Assembly: GCA_030390025.1 (NCBI GenBank)
Contig: CM059432.1
Span: 119,228,001-119,292,000 of the forward strand
Source: Squalus acanthias
Taxonomy: Eukaryota
Direction: 5' to 3'
DNA length: 64,000 nucleotides
In this document: positions 12,126 to 24,186 of the stretch, one piece after another
How positions within the stretch are numbered: position 1 is the stretch's first letter
How the letters are laid out: each line of letters begins with the position of its first letter
Notes under the pieces: generated by a model
Told to the model about the DNA's origin: nothing
What the model saw: only the letters and a program-made list of their open reading frames with translations
Database searches by the model: none
Translations under genes and position numbers: made by a program

Positions 12126-12299
12126 ATTATCTTTATAACTCTGTGTTGCAGTGTAATGCATTGTGTTGAATCACCTTCTGTATGCCCGGGAGAACAGATC
12201 ATTTCCACAATGGTGAGATGTAAATCTGCCGGTTCGCTATCACCTCTGTTACACTATCGCATAAAGTCAAAATCTACCCCAGAGTGCTGTGGATTTTGG

Positions 12300-12688
12300 T
12301 GAGTATTACCTTTTCAGTTCCCGGAGGAGCACTCCTGCTTCTCTCGTCCCACAAGTAAACCATAAAGAAATTTAAAATACATACCTTCCGGGGATTCTTC
12401 AAGCCCAGGTGTTACTTGCCACCAGGTTGCACTGGCAGGTCCAGCGCTGTGCCGTGAATGGCAGTCAAAATCGCTTTGGGGTCCTAAGTGCATCAAAGGG
12501 CCTTGACATTTAAATAGTAACGAGGCTTTTGCCTGCCGGTGGCAAGTGCCTTTCCCAAGGCTGAAAACCCGGCAGTTAAAATGGTGGCAAGTGGGAGTGC
12601 ATCGGGAACACAGCGGGAATTGCCCAATCATCACTTTATTCAACTGCCCACCCTGTTCTTGCCTGGTGGGCAGGGTTAAAATTGGGCC
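12300..12688. mobile_element. MITE fragment (one end)
   Basis: Ends GGGTTAAAATTGGGCC; internal GAGCACTCCTGCTTC...ATACCT motif similar to 16620-16700 (rc) and 43275-43330. Confidence 0.5.
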
Positions 12689-12789
12689 TAATGTAAGTCA
12701 CTTAATACAACCTCTTCAAAGATTAGCCAAGAATGGGATTCCAACTCTGGTCTTCTAACTGGTTCCAGTGCTTAATTATTAAAGTTAAT

Positions 12790-14229
12790 GGGGAAAAATT
12801 GGGTAGTGCCCCCTTTGGGGCGCTACCTTCGCCGGGGCACTAATTTTAGCACCCCAAAAAAGTTAGTATCCCCGCAGCCGATTTTCCCAGGTAGTGCCCC
12901 TAGCGGGAGATGGGGCGCTACTGGAAGCGCCCCGCATTGGCGCTGTGGCATGTCACTCCGCGGTACTGCAGGCCTTCCTTCGCTTATTAAAGGGGAGGGG
13001 CCTGGTGCTGCGCGTCCCGGCGCCCAGCTGGGCCACCAGGGATCGGGAGTGCCGGCAAACGAGCCCGGCACTCAAGAGGAGTGCTGGGCTCACGGAGAGC
13101 AGCCGGCACCCCGCGGGGGTCTTCACGGGGGCCGGGGACAGCAACAGGGGCAGGTGCTGGCAGGCGGCCAGCAACACAAGTGGCCGCCCGCCACCTCCTG
13201 TTTAACTAGCGCCGCCCCGGCCGCAGGTAGGCCCCCCCTGACCCCGGCGGACATAGGGCTGGATTTTCAATGACCTGTGGAGTCGGGTTTGGAGGCATGT
13301 GGGGGGTTAAAGTTGCAGATTCGGGGGTCCCGACCCCATCCCGACTCCATCCCGCCTCCACGCAATTTTGACAAAATCAGTTGCGGAGTTCCCGACTCCG
13401 TCCCACCTCCAAGAGGCGGGAGAGGCCATTAAAGCCCTTAACAAGCTCTAAATTGGCTCAGTAATGCCATTTTGAAATGTTTTAGCTAGTTTAACCCTTT
13501 TCTGACGTGAAGTACGCCTGATGTGAAACACTCCAGTGAAACCTGGCAGGAGCACAAGTGCATAGCTGACTATCAGCTGCAGGTCCACTATTACAATGGA
13601 GATGTGATGAAGGTAGTAGTAGTATTAGGTCTGAAAGTCGCCTCTGATGCTGCTACATTGAATGTCTTCAGAGACTGCCTGGCCTTGCTGTGAGAGGACT
13701 TGGATGGAAAAAAAATCCATTTTCTCTCTCTCTCTCTGCTGGTCATTTTGCATCCAGGTCCACTCACAGCAAAGGCTAGGCAGTCAGTCTCTGACCTGCA
13801 ATGATGACATCATCAGAGGCGACGTTCAGACTGAAACCACTAATTGGTTCATGGGTTCCCACATGCTGGAACTCAATTGCCCAATTAAGGGAAAATTGCA
13901 TCATTCATCCACATTAATCTGGAGTCGGGGGGGCAACACGAAATGCGGATGACATGACCCCAACCCGACCCCAAGACAAAATCCAGCCCCTAGTGTCTGG
14001 CGGTATGTCAGGGGGCGCTACCCAATATTACAGCTGGGGCGCGAGCGGGGCGCTGCACACGGCGATGACATCATCGCCGGCGGCGCTAATGATTAGCGCC
14101 GCGCTAACCTCCCGCTGAATTTCGTGGGAGGTATTAACAGCGCCGTGCCCAGGCGCTAGTTGATTTGCGCCCCGTTAGCGCCCTCTTAGGATGCTAACGG
14201 GAGGCGCAAATCAACCAAATTTAGCCCCC
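12790..14229. mobile_element. GC-rich Harbinger-type MITE carrying a nested MITE
   Basis: Termini GGGGAAAAATTGG / CCAAATTTAGCCCCC; TSD AAT; many GGCGCTA/TAGCGCC subterminal motifs shared with 52484-53376 and 59794-60687. Confidence 0.75.
13256..13989. mobile_element. MITE nested in 12790-14229
   Basis: TIRs GGGCTGGATTT / AAATCCAGCCC; flanks ATA/CTA (imperfect TSD); motifs related to 19636-20507. Confidence 0.7.
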
Positions 14230-14281
14230 AATGGATTATTCAACATTAATAACCAATATATTTATTAAGCCTTGCTTCATT

Positions 14282-14438
14282 GGGGGTGAAATTGGTCTTC
14301 GGCAGCAGTGCAAAACGGGAGACAATAATCAGGAACCTCGTTTACACCATACCCGAAATGAAAATCGGACGGGATGTAAAACGGGCTGCTGATTCGCTAT
14401 TGCCGGTTTTGTGATTTTGCCCGAACAATTTTACCTCC
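14282..14438. mobile_element. Short (~157 bp) MITE
   Basis: GGGGGTGAAATTG ... CAATTTTACCTCC imperfect TIRs; related fragments at ~12210-12280 and ~20800-20930 (TGTAAAACGGGCTGCTGATTCGCTAT motif). Confidence 0.55.
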
Positions 14439-14730
14439 ATTGACTTTTCACAACATTGTCATACCAAGACACTTTACACTCCTTATCACCATCATGGTCA
14501 GAAATATCCTGAAGTGTTTCAAACTATTTTCAGTGGTGATATGAATGCTGAAATTGTAAATTTAGATTTTATTGTAAGAAATTAGTGGTGAGAAGCCTAT
14601 TTTGGAGCTGTGGGCAGCAGACGCCTCGCATGGATAGCCGCATAGCTTACACAAGAATGTAATTCCCAAAGTAGTCTCACAGATGCACAGAACCCCAACA
14701 TGTGGTGCGTTGTATCACTAATTGCATACA

Positions 14731-14830
14731 ATTCTGACGAAACATCATCGACATGAAACATTAACTCTTTCTCTCTCCACAGATGCTGCTCACTACCTGT
14801 TAGTTATTTCCAGCATTTTCTGTTTATATT
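14731..14830 (+). ncRNA. Degenerate minimal hammerhead ribozyme in a Penelope pLTR remnant
   Basis: CTGACGA-AACATCATCGACAT-GAAACATTAACT followed by CTCTCTCCACAGATGCTGC...TTTCCAGCATTTTCTGTTT, homologous to 47945-48045. Confidence 0.6.
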
Positions 14831-15544
14831 TTACAATTCTTATATCAATTACTTTCAAATTCCAATTAATTCCACTTTAATTAATTCAGAAAATTCCACA
14901 ATCATCCCTGTTCAGATTGATTCCGATTGAAATGTCCATTCAGTTCAGTTTTAGATCAAAGTATTTAGGTTATAGTTACAGTGCACTGCTGGTCTGATCC
15001 TGCAAGGGACAGCCAGCAAGATCCTTGATACTCTGTAGGCTGCGACACACTGTAGGCTGCGACACACTGCACTATCTGTACAGGCATGTTTACATGTAAG
15101 CAAAGCTTCATCCCCCGGCAATAAATTTTTAATATTTTGAGAGAGCAGCAGGAACAGCCACACTCATAACATTTAAACAGACACTGCAGTATGGTTATAA
15201 ATTGACGAGCAGGAATGAAGAGCGCCTGGGGTTTTTTTTTAATCCTGGCTTCATACTGTATTGCAGTTATAATCCACATCTTGTCAAACCCAGATACTGT
15301 GAGACAACCCAGGACTGCTTGGTTTTATTGCATTCCGGAGTCTAGTTGGGATCTGGCTCTGGAGTTATACTGCCGCTTTCACATTGATGCACAGCCAAAC
15401 ATGGTTTGCATCAAAGTCAGAGATGTATTAGGGGTTAACTTGAGTTCTCAATATAATCAAGGAAACAGAATCTATCCTTCATTCCAGGGAGGCATTTCAA
15501 GAGAGTAAAGGATACACAAATTATGGATAATAGTCAACGAATAA

Positions 15545-16215
15545 CACTAAAACTGGACGCAGTACTCCTAAGTGTGACTGGACCAAAACCTTATAGATTT
15601 TCAATTTCATTCTTTGATCGAACAATTATTTCCAAGAACCTCACTTGCTTTCCCTATAGCTATCTCAAATTTCTTGTGAATCCTTAGTGACATAAGAAAT
15701 AGGATCCATTTGGCCCTTTGAGCCTGCTGTGACTGGACAGTAACTGGACAGCCCCAAGTCTCTTTCCTGCCGTGCTACTTTTAATAGGAACCTATGTATG
15801 GAGAAGGCAAGCTTTCCGTTTCCTGTCCCCATTTAAGTAATACAGCTCTTCTCCACGTTAAATGATGGTTACTATTTATTGGCTGTTTCACTTAATTTAT
15901 CTAATCAGCTTCCAACCTACTAATCTCCTCTTTACTGTCACACTTTTTATGCCTTCTGTAAACTGAATAATAGTGTTGTTTATGCCCATTTCAGGAGCAG
16001 TGATAAAAATAATGAGCAGTAAGGGACCAAGCAGAGAGCCCATTGTTACCAAAACCCAGTCTGAACCATTTCTGTTAAAAAAACACTCTCTGTTTACACA
16101 TTTGAAACAAGTCCCAATTCATTGTTTATTTCCCCCAGTAACATCCTTACACTGAATTTTATCTAATATCTGTCTACATAGTCCTTCACCAATTAAATCA
16201 GTTGAGTGTCATTTA
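15545..16215 (-). mobile_element. Old, degenerate CR1 RT fragment, with a ~40-bp CR1 tail inserted at ~15690
   Basis: rc reads CTATAAGGTTTTGGTCCAGTCACACTTAGGAGTACTGC (LYK.LV..HL.EYC-like); the short insert is flanked by GTGAC. Confidence 0.45.
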
Positions 16216-16316
16216 TGACAGTGATTTACAGTCAACCCCCAATCTAACTGCAAACCCCCCCACCACTCCCAACCTCACGCCATGTCTGACGAGAATGGGG
16301 CGTGCAAGGAGTTAAA

Positions 16317-17119
16317 GGGGGTAATTTTAACCCCCCAGGATGGGGAGCTGGGAGCGGGTCGGGGTGGGGGTAGGTTTAAATTTCAAAAAACTGAAAACTA
16401 ACCCTAACCTGCCTCGAAAGCGACCACATCTGGATTTAAAGGAGGCGGGTTGTGGAGTGGTCGCTAACGTGCCCTCCGGAGGTGGGTCAGTTATTTAAAT
16501 ATGCTAATGATGTTGCTGGTCTCAAATTTTAACAGACTCTCAGATTTAATGCCTCCAACATGGGTTTCCCAGTGCGCAGGAAACCCGACAGCTGAAGGGA
16601 AGCGAGAACAGCCAGATCCAGCAGGTAAGTGCCTTTCCAGCACTGCTTGTGGGTCAGGAAGAGCAGGAGTGTTTCCCCCGGCCCCCCAAGCAAACCTGCT
16701 TTCCTCCCCGTGATCCAGCGACACCGGCCCGCGATCTCCCCCGCTGACCCCCAATCTCTTCAACCCCTCCACGGTCTCCCCGCTGACCAGAGATCTCCCA
16801 ACTGACCGACGATCTCTTCAACGCCCCCACAATCTCTTAAATTCCGCCACACCCACACGATCTCCCTCCCGACCCTCCCTCCTCTCCATTTCCCGGTTGT
16901 GGCCTGCTAGTGCAGGCCTTCCCAACTGACAGCCAGTCAGCCCCTCAACCTGGTTGGCTGCCGGCCAGGCAACAGAAAAAAAAAATTCAAATGGGGCCCT
17001 GGCGTTAAATTCGGCAGGACCACCGCATTACCCACATTTCCAGGTTTCCCGACCACTATGATCTCCCCCCCACCCTCCACACTCCGCTCCCTCCCCGCCT
17101 CCCCATAAATATGATGGCC
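16317..17119. mobile_element. MITE with internal degenerate GATCTCCC minisatellite, apparently nested in another MITE (~16220-17750)
   Basis: Starts GGGGGTAATTTTAACCC; flanked by AAA on both sides; homologous (rc) to 43250-43625; short C-rich repeats at 16705-16885. The outer element ends GTTAAAAATCGGGGC at ~17748. Confidence 0.6.
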
Positions 17120-17893
17120 AAAATGCTTGCAGCGCTGTTCTCACCCAATCATTGTCAGCTTCGTGCTGCACGCCATTTTGATAGGCGCATTCTGACCAGC
17201 CAGTAAGTTCCTCGCACCAGACAGGCGAGGAACTCATTAAAATTCAAAAGTCAGAGTGTGATGATGTAATTCTATACTTTATCTCCCATTTGGCTCTCGA
17301 CAGCCGCATTTGGCAGATGGGCCAAACTCGCCAGGAGCGCTGGGCCTGAATGAGTAGCAGGCCCAGAAGACAGCCGAAAAGGTAAGTACATTTTATATTT
17401 ATAAAAGGTTTCCTTGTGAGCAGAAGTGCTCCATCGGGCCCTACAAAGAAATATAGGCCTCCGGGCTTCTCTCCCCTGATGCAATTGCCTACCTCCCACC
17501 ACCACTTACCTGACTGTCGGGGACCATTCCCTCGGGTTATTGGCCATGGTGCCTACCGCACTTGCCTAATCCCTGTCCACTGGCCTAACGTCGTTGAGGC
17601 TGGGTTTGGGAGAGAATTAGGCCTAGCTAATTTAAATAATGCCCGCGAGTTAAAATGGCCTAGGCCTCATGTTGGCAAGCCAGGCCGAGCCTGATAATCG
17701 CTCCGCAGGCCCCACGCTCGCCCCTCGCCCCCAGTTAAAAATCGGGGCTTTCTACTCGAATGAAGTAGACCAGAAAGATACAACTTTACATTGTGAAAAG
17801 CATATGAAATTTTACATTTAATTGGTTAAAAACAAATGTTAGTGCAACCAACATAAATTATCTGTGCCATGGTGCTCATTGATTGCGTTCGAG

Positions 17894-20800
17894 AACATAA
17901 GAACATAAGAAATAGGAGCAGGAGTAGGCTATTTGGCCCCTCGAGCCTGCTCCGCCATTCAATAAGATCATGGCTGATCTGATCTTGGCCTCAACTCCAC
18001 TTTCCTGCCCGCTCCCCATAACCCTCAACTCCCTTATCGTTCAAAAATCTGTCTATCTCCACCTTAAATATATTCAATGACCCAGCCTCCACAGCTCTTT
18101 GGGGTAGAGAATTCCAAAGATTCACGACCCTCTGAGAGAAGAAATTCCTCCTTATCTCTATTTTAAATGGGCGACCCCTTATTCTGAAACTATGCCCCCT
18201 AGTTCTAGATTCCCCCACGAGGGGAAACATCCTCTCTGCATCTACCCTGTCAAGCCCCCTCAGAATCTTATACATTTCAATAAGATCACCTCTCATTCTT
18301 CTAAACTCCAATGAGTATAGGCCCAACCTTTCTTCATAAGACAACCCCTTCATCTCAGGAATTAACCTCGTGAACCTTCTCTGAACTGCCTCCAATGCAA
18401 GTATATCCTTCCTTAAATAAGGAGACCAAAACTGTACACAGTACTCCAGGTGTGGTCTCACCAACGCCCTGTAAAGTTGTAGCAAGACTTCCCTACTTTT
18501 ATACTCCATCCCCCTTGCAATAAAGGCCAACATTCCATTTGCCTTCCTAATTACTTGCTGTACCTGCATGCTAACTTTTTGTGTTTCATGTACAAGGAAC
18601 CCCAGATCACTCTGTACTGCAGCATTTTGTAGTCTCGCTCCATTTAAATAATAATTTGCTTTTTTATTTTTCCTACCAAAGTGGATAACCTCATATTTTC
18701 CCACATTATACTCCATCTGCCAAATTTTTGCCCACTCACTTCACCTATATATATCCATTTGCAGATTCTTTGTGTTCTCTTCACAACTTGCTTTCCCCCC
18801 TATCTTTGTATCATCAGCATATTTGGCTACATTACACTCGGTCCCTTCATCCAAGTCATTAATATAGATTGTAAACAGCTGAGGCCCCAGCACTGATCCC
18901 TGTGGCACCCCACTAGTTACAGTTTGCCAACCTGAAAATGACCCATTTATCCCGACTCTCTGTTTCCTGTTAGTTAGCCAATCCTCTATCCATGCTAATA
19001 TATTACCCCAAACCCCATGAGCTCTTATCTTGTACAGTAATCTTTTATGTGGCACCTTATCAAATGCTTTCTGGAAATCCAAATACACTACATCTACTGG
19101 TTCCCCTTTATTCACCCTGCTCGTTACATCCTCAAAGATCTCTAGCAAATTTGTCAAACATGATTTCCCTTTCATAAAACCATGCTGACTCTGCTTGACT
19201 GTATTATGATTTTCTAAATGTCCTGCTACTACTTCCTTACTAATGGACTCCAGCATTTTCCCAATGACAGATGTTAGGCTAACTGGTCTATAGTTTCCTG
19301 CTTTCTGTCTCCCTCCTTTCTTGAATAGGGGTGTTACATTTGCGGTTTTCCAATCCGCTGGGACCTCTCCAGAATCCAGGGAATATTGGTAGATTACAAC
19401 CAATGCATCCACTTTCTCTGCAGCCACTTCTGTTAAGACCCTAGGATGCAGGCCATCAGGTCCAAGGGACTTGTCCACCTTTAGTCCCATTAGTTTGTCT
19501 AGTACTTTTTCTCTAGTGATGGTGATTGTTTTAAGTTCCCCCCTCCCTATAGCCCCTTGATTATCTATTATTACTGGGATGCTTTTAGTGTCTTCTACCA
19601 TGAAGACCGATACAAAATATTTGTTCAAAATCTCTGGCCGCGATTTTATGCTTCGAGGCGGCTTGGGAGCGGGTCAGCTGCCTTCCGGGTTCCAGTCCCA
19701 CCCCCAACTACATCCGGCCCACAGACGTAATTTTACATCAATTGGCCTTGTTAAGCCCACCCTGCGGGCATCCGGCCAATTAAGAGGAAGCCGGTGTCAG
19801 ATGATATCATTTGATGATGCGTCATCTGCTGGTTTTCTTAAATAACGACGCGCAATTTTTTTTGACAGTTGATTTTTCAGTGTTTGACAGCATTGAGGTG
19901 CTGCAAACACTGACAATGACTGCTCACAGGTGAGTTCTTGCACCCAGGCTCTCCAGTGATCCCTCCTTAGGCTAGAACAGATCACAGCTGCAGGCGAGGT
20001 TACAGAAGTGATCTGTCACTGGTGAGAGAGGTTCTCCCAATGAGGTGGGACTACACATACAATTCAAAACTTGTTCCCTACAGAAAAGTCTAAATGCATT
20101 AAAAATGAATTTCCCAACATTTTCTTACCTCTGAAACTCACCAGTGCACCATTGGATCCTTCACACCACTTCTGCAGTTGTCATCAATGCATAAACATTA
20201 CAGCAGACACAACATGCCACACTTTCCTGGCGTGGTGTCCGGACGTTGGGAAGCCCAAAGTAAAAGTGTCAAAATTGGAAAAAGCCTGTTAACTGCCTGT
20301 TAACAACCTGTTAACAAGCAGTTAATTGGCTATAATCCTCTTCCCGCCGCTAGGTGTCGGGTCCATGCGCAAATCGGGGATCCGACACTTGGGAAGATTG
20401 ATTGGAGGCGGGTTGACAGCGGGTTTCCGACCCGCTGTCAATCTTTGCGATTTTGCCGGATGTCCCGCCTCCAAACCCGCCCCCTGAGCACCGGCAAAAT
20501 TCCGGCCTCAGCCATTTCCTTGTTTCCCATTATTAATTCCCCAGTCTCATCCTCTAAGGGACCAACGTTTACTTTAGTTACTCTCTTCCTTTTTATATAC
20601 CTATGGAAGTTCTTACTGTCTGTTTTTATATTTCTTGCTAGCTTACTCTCATAATCTATCTTCTCTCTCTTTATTATTTTTTTAGTCGTCCTTTGCTGGT
20701 TTCTAAAAATGTCCCAATCCTCTGGCCTACCACTAATCTTCGCATCATTGTATGCCTTTGTTTTCAATTTGATACCATCCTTAACTTCCTTAGTTAACCA
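17894..20800 (-). mobile_element. CR1 LINE, 5'-truncated ORF2 (RT), interrupted by a MITE
   Basis: ORFs 18741-19628 and 17991-18716 carry all RT motifs (YLDFQKAFDKVPH, SGVPQGSVLGP, KYADDTK); 20510-20800 encodes the upstream linker; (AACATAAG)n tail. Confidence 0.95.
19636..20507. mobile_element. Non-autonomous Harbinger-like MITE inside CR1
   Basis: TIRs GGCCGCGATTTT / AAAATTCCGGCC; flanks TCT/TCA. Removal restores CR1 ...NKEMAEILNKYFVSVF. Confidence 0.85.
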
Positions 20801-21374
20801 TCGGCCGCTCATTTTACACCACGCCTGATTTTCTTTCCATTGAAGGCAAAGGAAAAGGAAACCGTGCGGTGTGCAAACGGGCTGCTGATTCGCTATCGCC
20901 ATTTTGCCCACAGCCCAAGACCGACTTGAGGCCGAGCTCTCTTGATATTCTTCCCTTGCCTGTGGGAATATGCCTGCTGTCTACTTAGCTCCTCCCCTTG
21001 ATGTCTTTGCTGATGCTAAAATACAACAACTACTCAGCAGGGAACAACAAAAGAGGCCTCCAATTGGTAAACAGACCACAAACACTGCCACCTCATTGTA
21101 ACTAGCAATTCCGAGTGGACATGCTAACGCCTCCTTGCCATATGTTAGCACATCTGCTCCTGTGAAGTAAGTACGGCATTCCACAAAGGAGTGCTGCAAA
21201 TGAGGTTACTGACAAAATTAATTCTTTTTCCAACTTATATTTGAAGAATTTTCTAACAATCCAAATACAAAAGAAGCAGAATCTATAACTAAAATCATGA
21301 AGCAAAATTCGATTAAAACAACAAACCTGCCACAACAAGCAATTCTGCAGTTGTACAAGTTTACTGCATGTAGT

Positions 21375-21675
21375 ATCAGCCTTGGCTCAGTGGTAGCACT
21401 CTCACCTCTGAGTCTGAAGGTTGTGGGTTCCAGCCCAAAATTTTGAGCACAAAATCTAGGCTAGTGCTTCTGTGCAGGACTGAGAGAGTGCTGCACGTTT
21501 GGAGATATCGTCTTTCAGATGAGATGTTAAACCAAGGTCCTGTCTGCCCTCTCAGATGGATGTAAAAGAGCCCATGACACTATTTAAAGAAAAGCAGGGA
21601 AGTTGTCCCCTGTGTCCTGGCCAATATTTATCCCTCAACCAACGCCTGAAACATTATCTGGCCATTATCTCATCA
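21375..21675 (+). mobile_element. tRNA-derived DeuSINE (SacSINE1-like), 3'-truncated
   Basis: A box TGGCTCAGTGGTAG, B-box-like GGTTCCAGCC, Deu-domain-like GTCTTTCAGATGAGATGTTAAACC..GG.CCTGTCTGCCCTCTCAG.TGGATGTAAAAGA.CCCATG...GTCCTGGCCAATATTTATCCCTC. Confidence 0.8.
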
Positions 21676-21966
21676 AGTTCTTGGTTTCTTAAGCCAAATT
21701 GCTTCTCATTGTCTATGTTTGTAAATTGAGTCATGTTACCAGAATTTACGATCATTAAGGAAATGCCAACCACAGCCTAGACCCTCCCATCCCCGTGTGA
21801 TGCCAGTGGTGGTGGGTGGGAGAGATCGCGGAGAGGAGGCGGGTGGGTAGCGCGTGGTTGGGGGGTTGGTGATCACGTGGGATGGGGGAAACTGACAGAT
21901 TGCGGGGCGAGCTCACGGTGGGTTGGGGAAGATGACAGATCACGATGGGGAGACGGCGGGGGACTG

Positions 21967-22204
21967 AAAGATGGGGGGTCACTGATTGCAATGGTATGGG
22001 GGAGATGGGGATCACTGATTGCGGGGTTCGGGGCAGATGGTGATCACTGATTGCGGGGGTTTGGGGGAGATGGGGATCACTGATTGCGGGGGTTCGGGGG
22101 AGATGGGGATCACTGATTGCGGGGGTTCGGGGGAGATGGGGATCGCTGATTGCGGGGGTTCGGGGGAGCTGGGGATCACTGATTGCAGGGTTTGGGGGAG
22201 ATGG
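21967..22204. repeat. Left remnant (~7 units) of the 33-bp tandem array
   Basis: GGGGGAGATGGGGATCACTGATTGCGGGGGTTC units, ending abruptly at the LTR terminus (22205). Confidence 0.95.
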
Positions 22205-22755
22205 TGTTGGTGAAAAATTAATTCACTCGAGTCTGTCTTAAAGTAAAAGATCACAGTTTAATATTCAGAGCGCTCTGGGAGAACGGTCACAACCTGCGGT
22301 CTCATGAACCGCTTCTCAATTTAACAATGGCACCCAAGCTTCTTTATACACTTCCAAAAGCCAGAATATACAAACCTCAGCACAGTTAGGGTTAGGGTTA
22401 CATCATGAGTGACCCTTAAGTTGTCTAAAAACAACTTGATCAGAATTTTACACTGTTAGCGAAACTTATCCTGAACTTTTGCTTTTTGTCAGCCATCTGC
22501 GCTGCAAGTTTCATTCTTACACCTATTCGAGGTTAGTTTATAGAAAAACAATGATTCACATTTTCATTCTGCAGTGTCTGCATTATCTATACTGCAGCCT
22601 AAGCAAGTTGGTCTTTTACCTAATTATACCCCTTTCTCCATGCCTTCGGGAGATACTTTGACCTTTACTATAGTCCTTTAAGCAGTTCAACTAATCTTAA
22701 ACATTACAACTGATTTGCCCTTACATTATTACAATTAATTTTTTTAACTCTTACA
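22205..22755 (-). mobile_element. 3' LTR of an endogenous retrovirus (551 bp)
   Basis: Minus strand TGTAA...CAACA; preceded by purine tract AATAGGAGGGAC; TATAAA at ~22343-22348 and ATTAAA at ~22257-22262 on the minus strand. Confidence 0.8.
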
Positions 22756-23275
22756 GTCCCTCCTATTGGTCCCTGGCCGAAGCTTGATTTGTCCTGGGGA
22801 CCATCATACCATGGTTATAACGGCGGCACACAGTTTCTTATGCTCTGTTGACGAGGTCTTTTGACGATCTCATTGTTGTTTCACCGTCCAATGTAAATGA
22901 GAACGTGCTCGGGAGAACGAGAGAGAAAGACACCCCGGAAGAGGTTGAGCTGCACAGTCCAGTCACATCATGACTGTTGAGCTATTCATACCATTTAGGT
23001 TAGGTTCTTCCGCTCCTCTTCCATTTTTTTCTTTATCCTCCGTCCTCCGCCTGACTTGTCATGAACATGTCCTTCTCTTTGAAATATCGATGATCCATTT
23101 CTTCCGTGTGTAGACATATTCCTTGTAGCTTAAAGTTGTTCCCTTCTTCATCTGTTTGTCTGTTTCTTCTTGTGTCATATGCCGCAACCAATGGTTTGTC
23201 CCTATTCTACTCTATCTCTAAAGTTTTACACATGCATTAATACAAACGTTACCCGCGCGTAAGCATTTTCCTTTC

Positions 23276-23643
23276 TTAGATAAACAGAGATCTATCTTTT
23301 ATGTTACGATACACCTGCCCCACTGGTGCGGCTGGAACGACATCTTTTGCCATTTGGGCGCAGCAACATTTCAACAATAAAACCAGACCATACATCACTA
23401 ATATTACAACAAAGAACAAAATCAATCCTTGTACTACTGATGTCCCGAGTGATCCCAACCATCCAGTTGTCCAGCCCCAAAGGGTGGATGCCGGAGGTTG
23501 TTTTAACTTTTTTACTTCTTCCTGTATGTGTTCTGCCAAGTTAGTTATTTCTTCTGAGCTGTCTGGTATGTAGGTACAACATTCTGTACCTATTAGGGCA
23601 AAGGTTCCCCCTTTTTCTGCCAACACATAGTCAAGGGCCATGT
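23276..23643 (-). pseudogene. env: Retroviral Env transmembrane subunit fragment (gamma-type TM)
   Basis: MALDYVLAEKGG (immunosuppressive domain), FALIGTECC (CX6CC with first C mutated to F), TYIPD, W-rich MPER, TM helix VVQGLILFFVVILVMYGLVLLL. Confidence 0.9.
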
Positions 23644-24186
23644 TAATGGATTCCCTTGCCAATTTACCCGTAACTCTCTTTTGGCCGGTGGGGTTACTCT
23701 AGCCTGAGTCCTCCTGAGGCTACATATTGGCCTAGAAATTCGATTCGGAGGCTTGCCGCGGGGGTAAGGATCGCGCGCGATATCACCTACCGCGTCTGCC
23801 GTTCTTGTTTGCCCCCGCAGGAACTTTGGATTTTTTGAGCAGCGTCTGACGTTACACCGTCCTGGAGCGCAGCGTGCGCGTCACCTCCCGTGCGGAGGGC
23901 AGTGAAGACAGGCCCTGGAAGGTCGCATTAGCATAGGCCATGCCCCCAGCATTTTATAACTCCTGGCAAGCTTTGGAAATAGCAACACAGGGATTTCAAG
24001 CGCCGCAGGACTTTGCTATCAAAGTAAGTTGTATTTAAATGCATGTTTTGCAAACTTTTAAAGACTTTTACATGAATTGGAAGAATTTTAAACAGTTTTA
24101 AAGAGATTTGAAGTAATTTAAATAGTTTTAAAAGCCCTGAAAGCATTTTTTTCATTCATTTTATTTTATTTAATCAGCAAAGTGAA

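Noticed and set aside
12788..13273. CpG-island promoter or GC-rich ORFs
   Set aside because: Lies inside a TIR/TSD-bounded GC-rich MITE; overlapping ORFs on both strands reflect GC content.
23276..23662. Co-opted syncytin-like env gene
   Set aside because: SU and fusion peptide are missing, the first Cys of CX6CC is mutated, and the leader is out of frame and interrupted.
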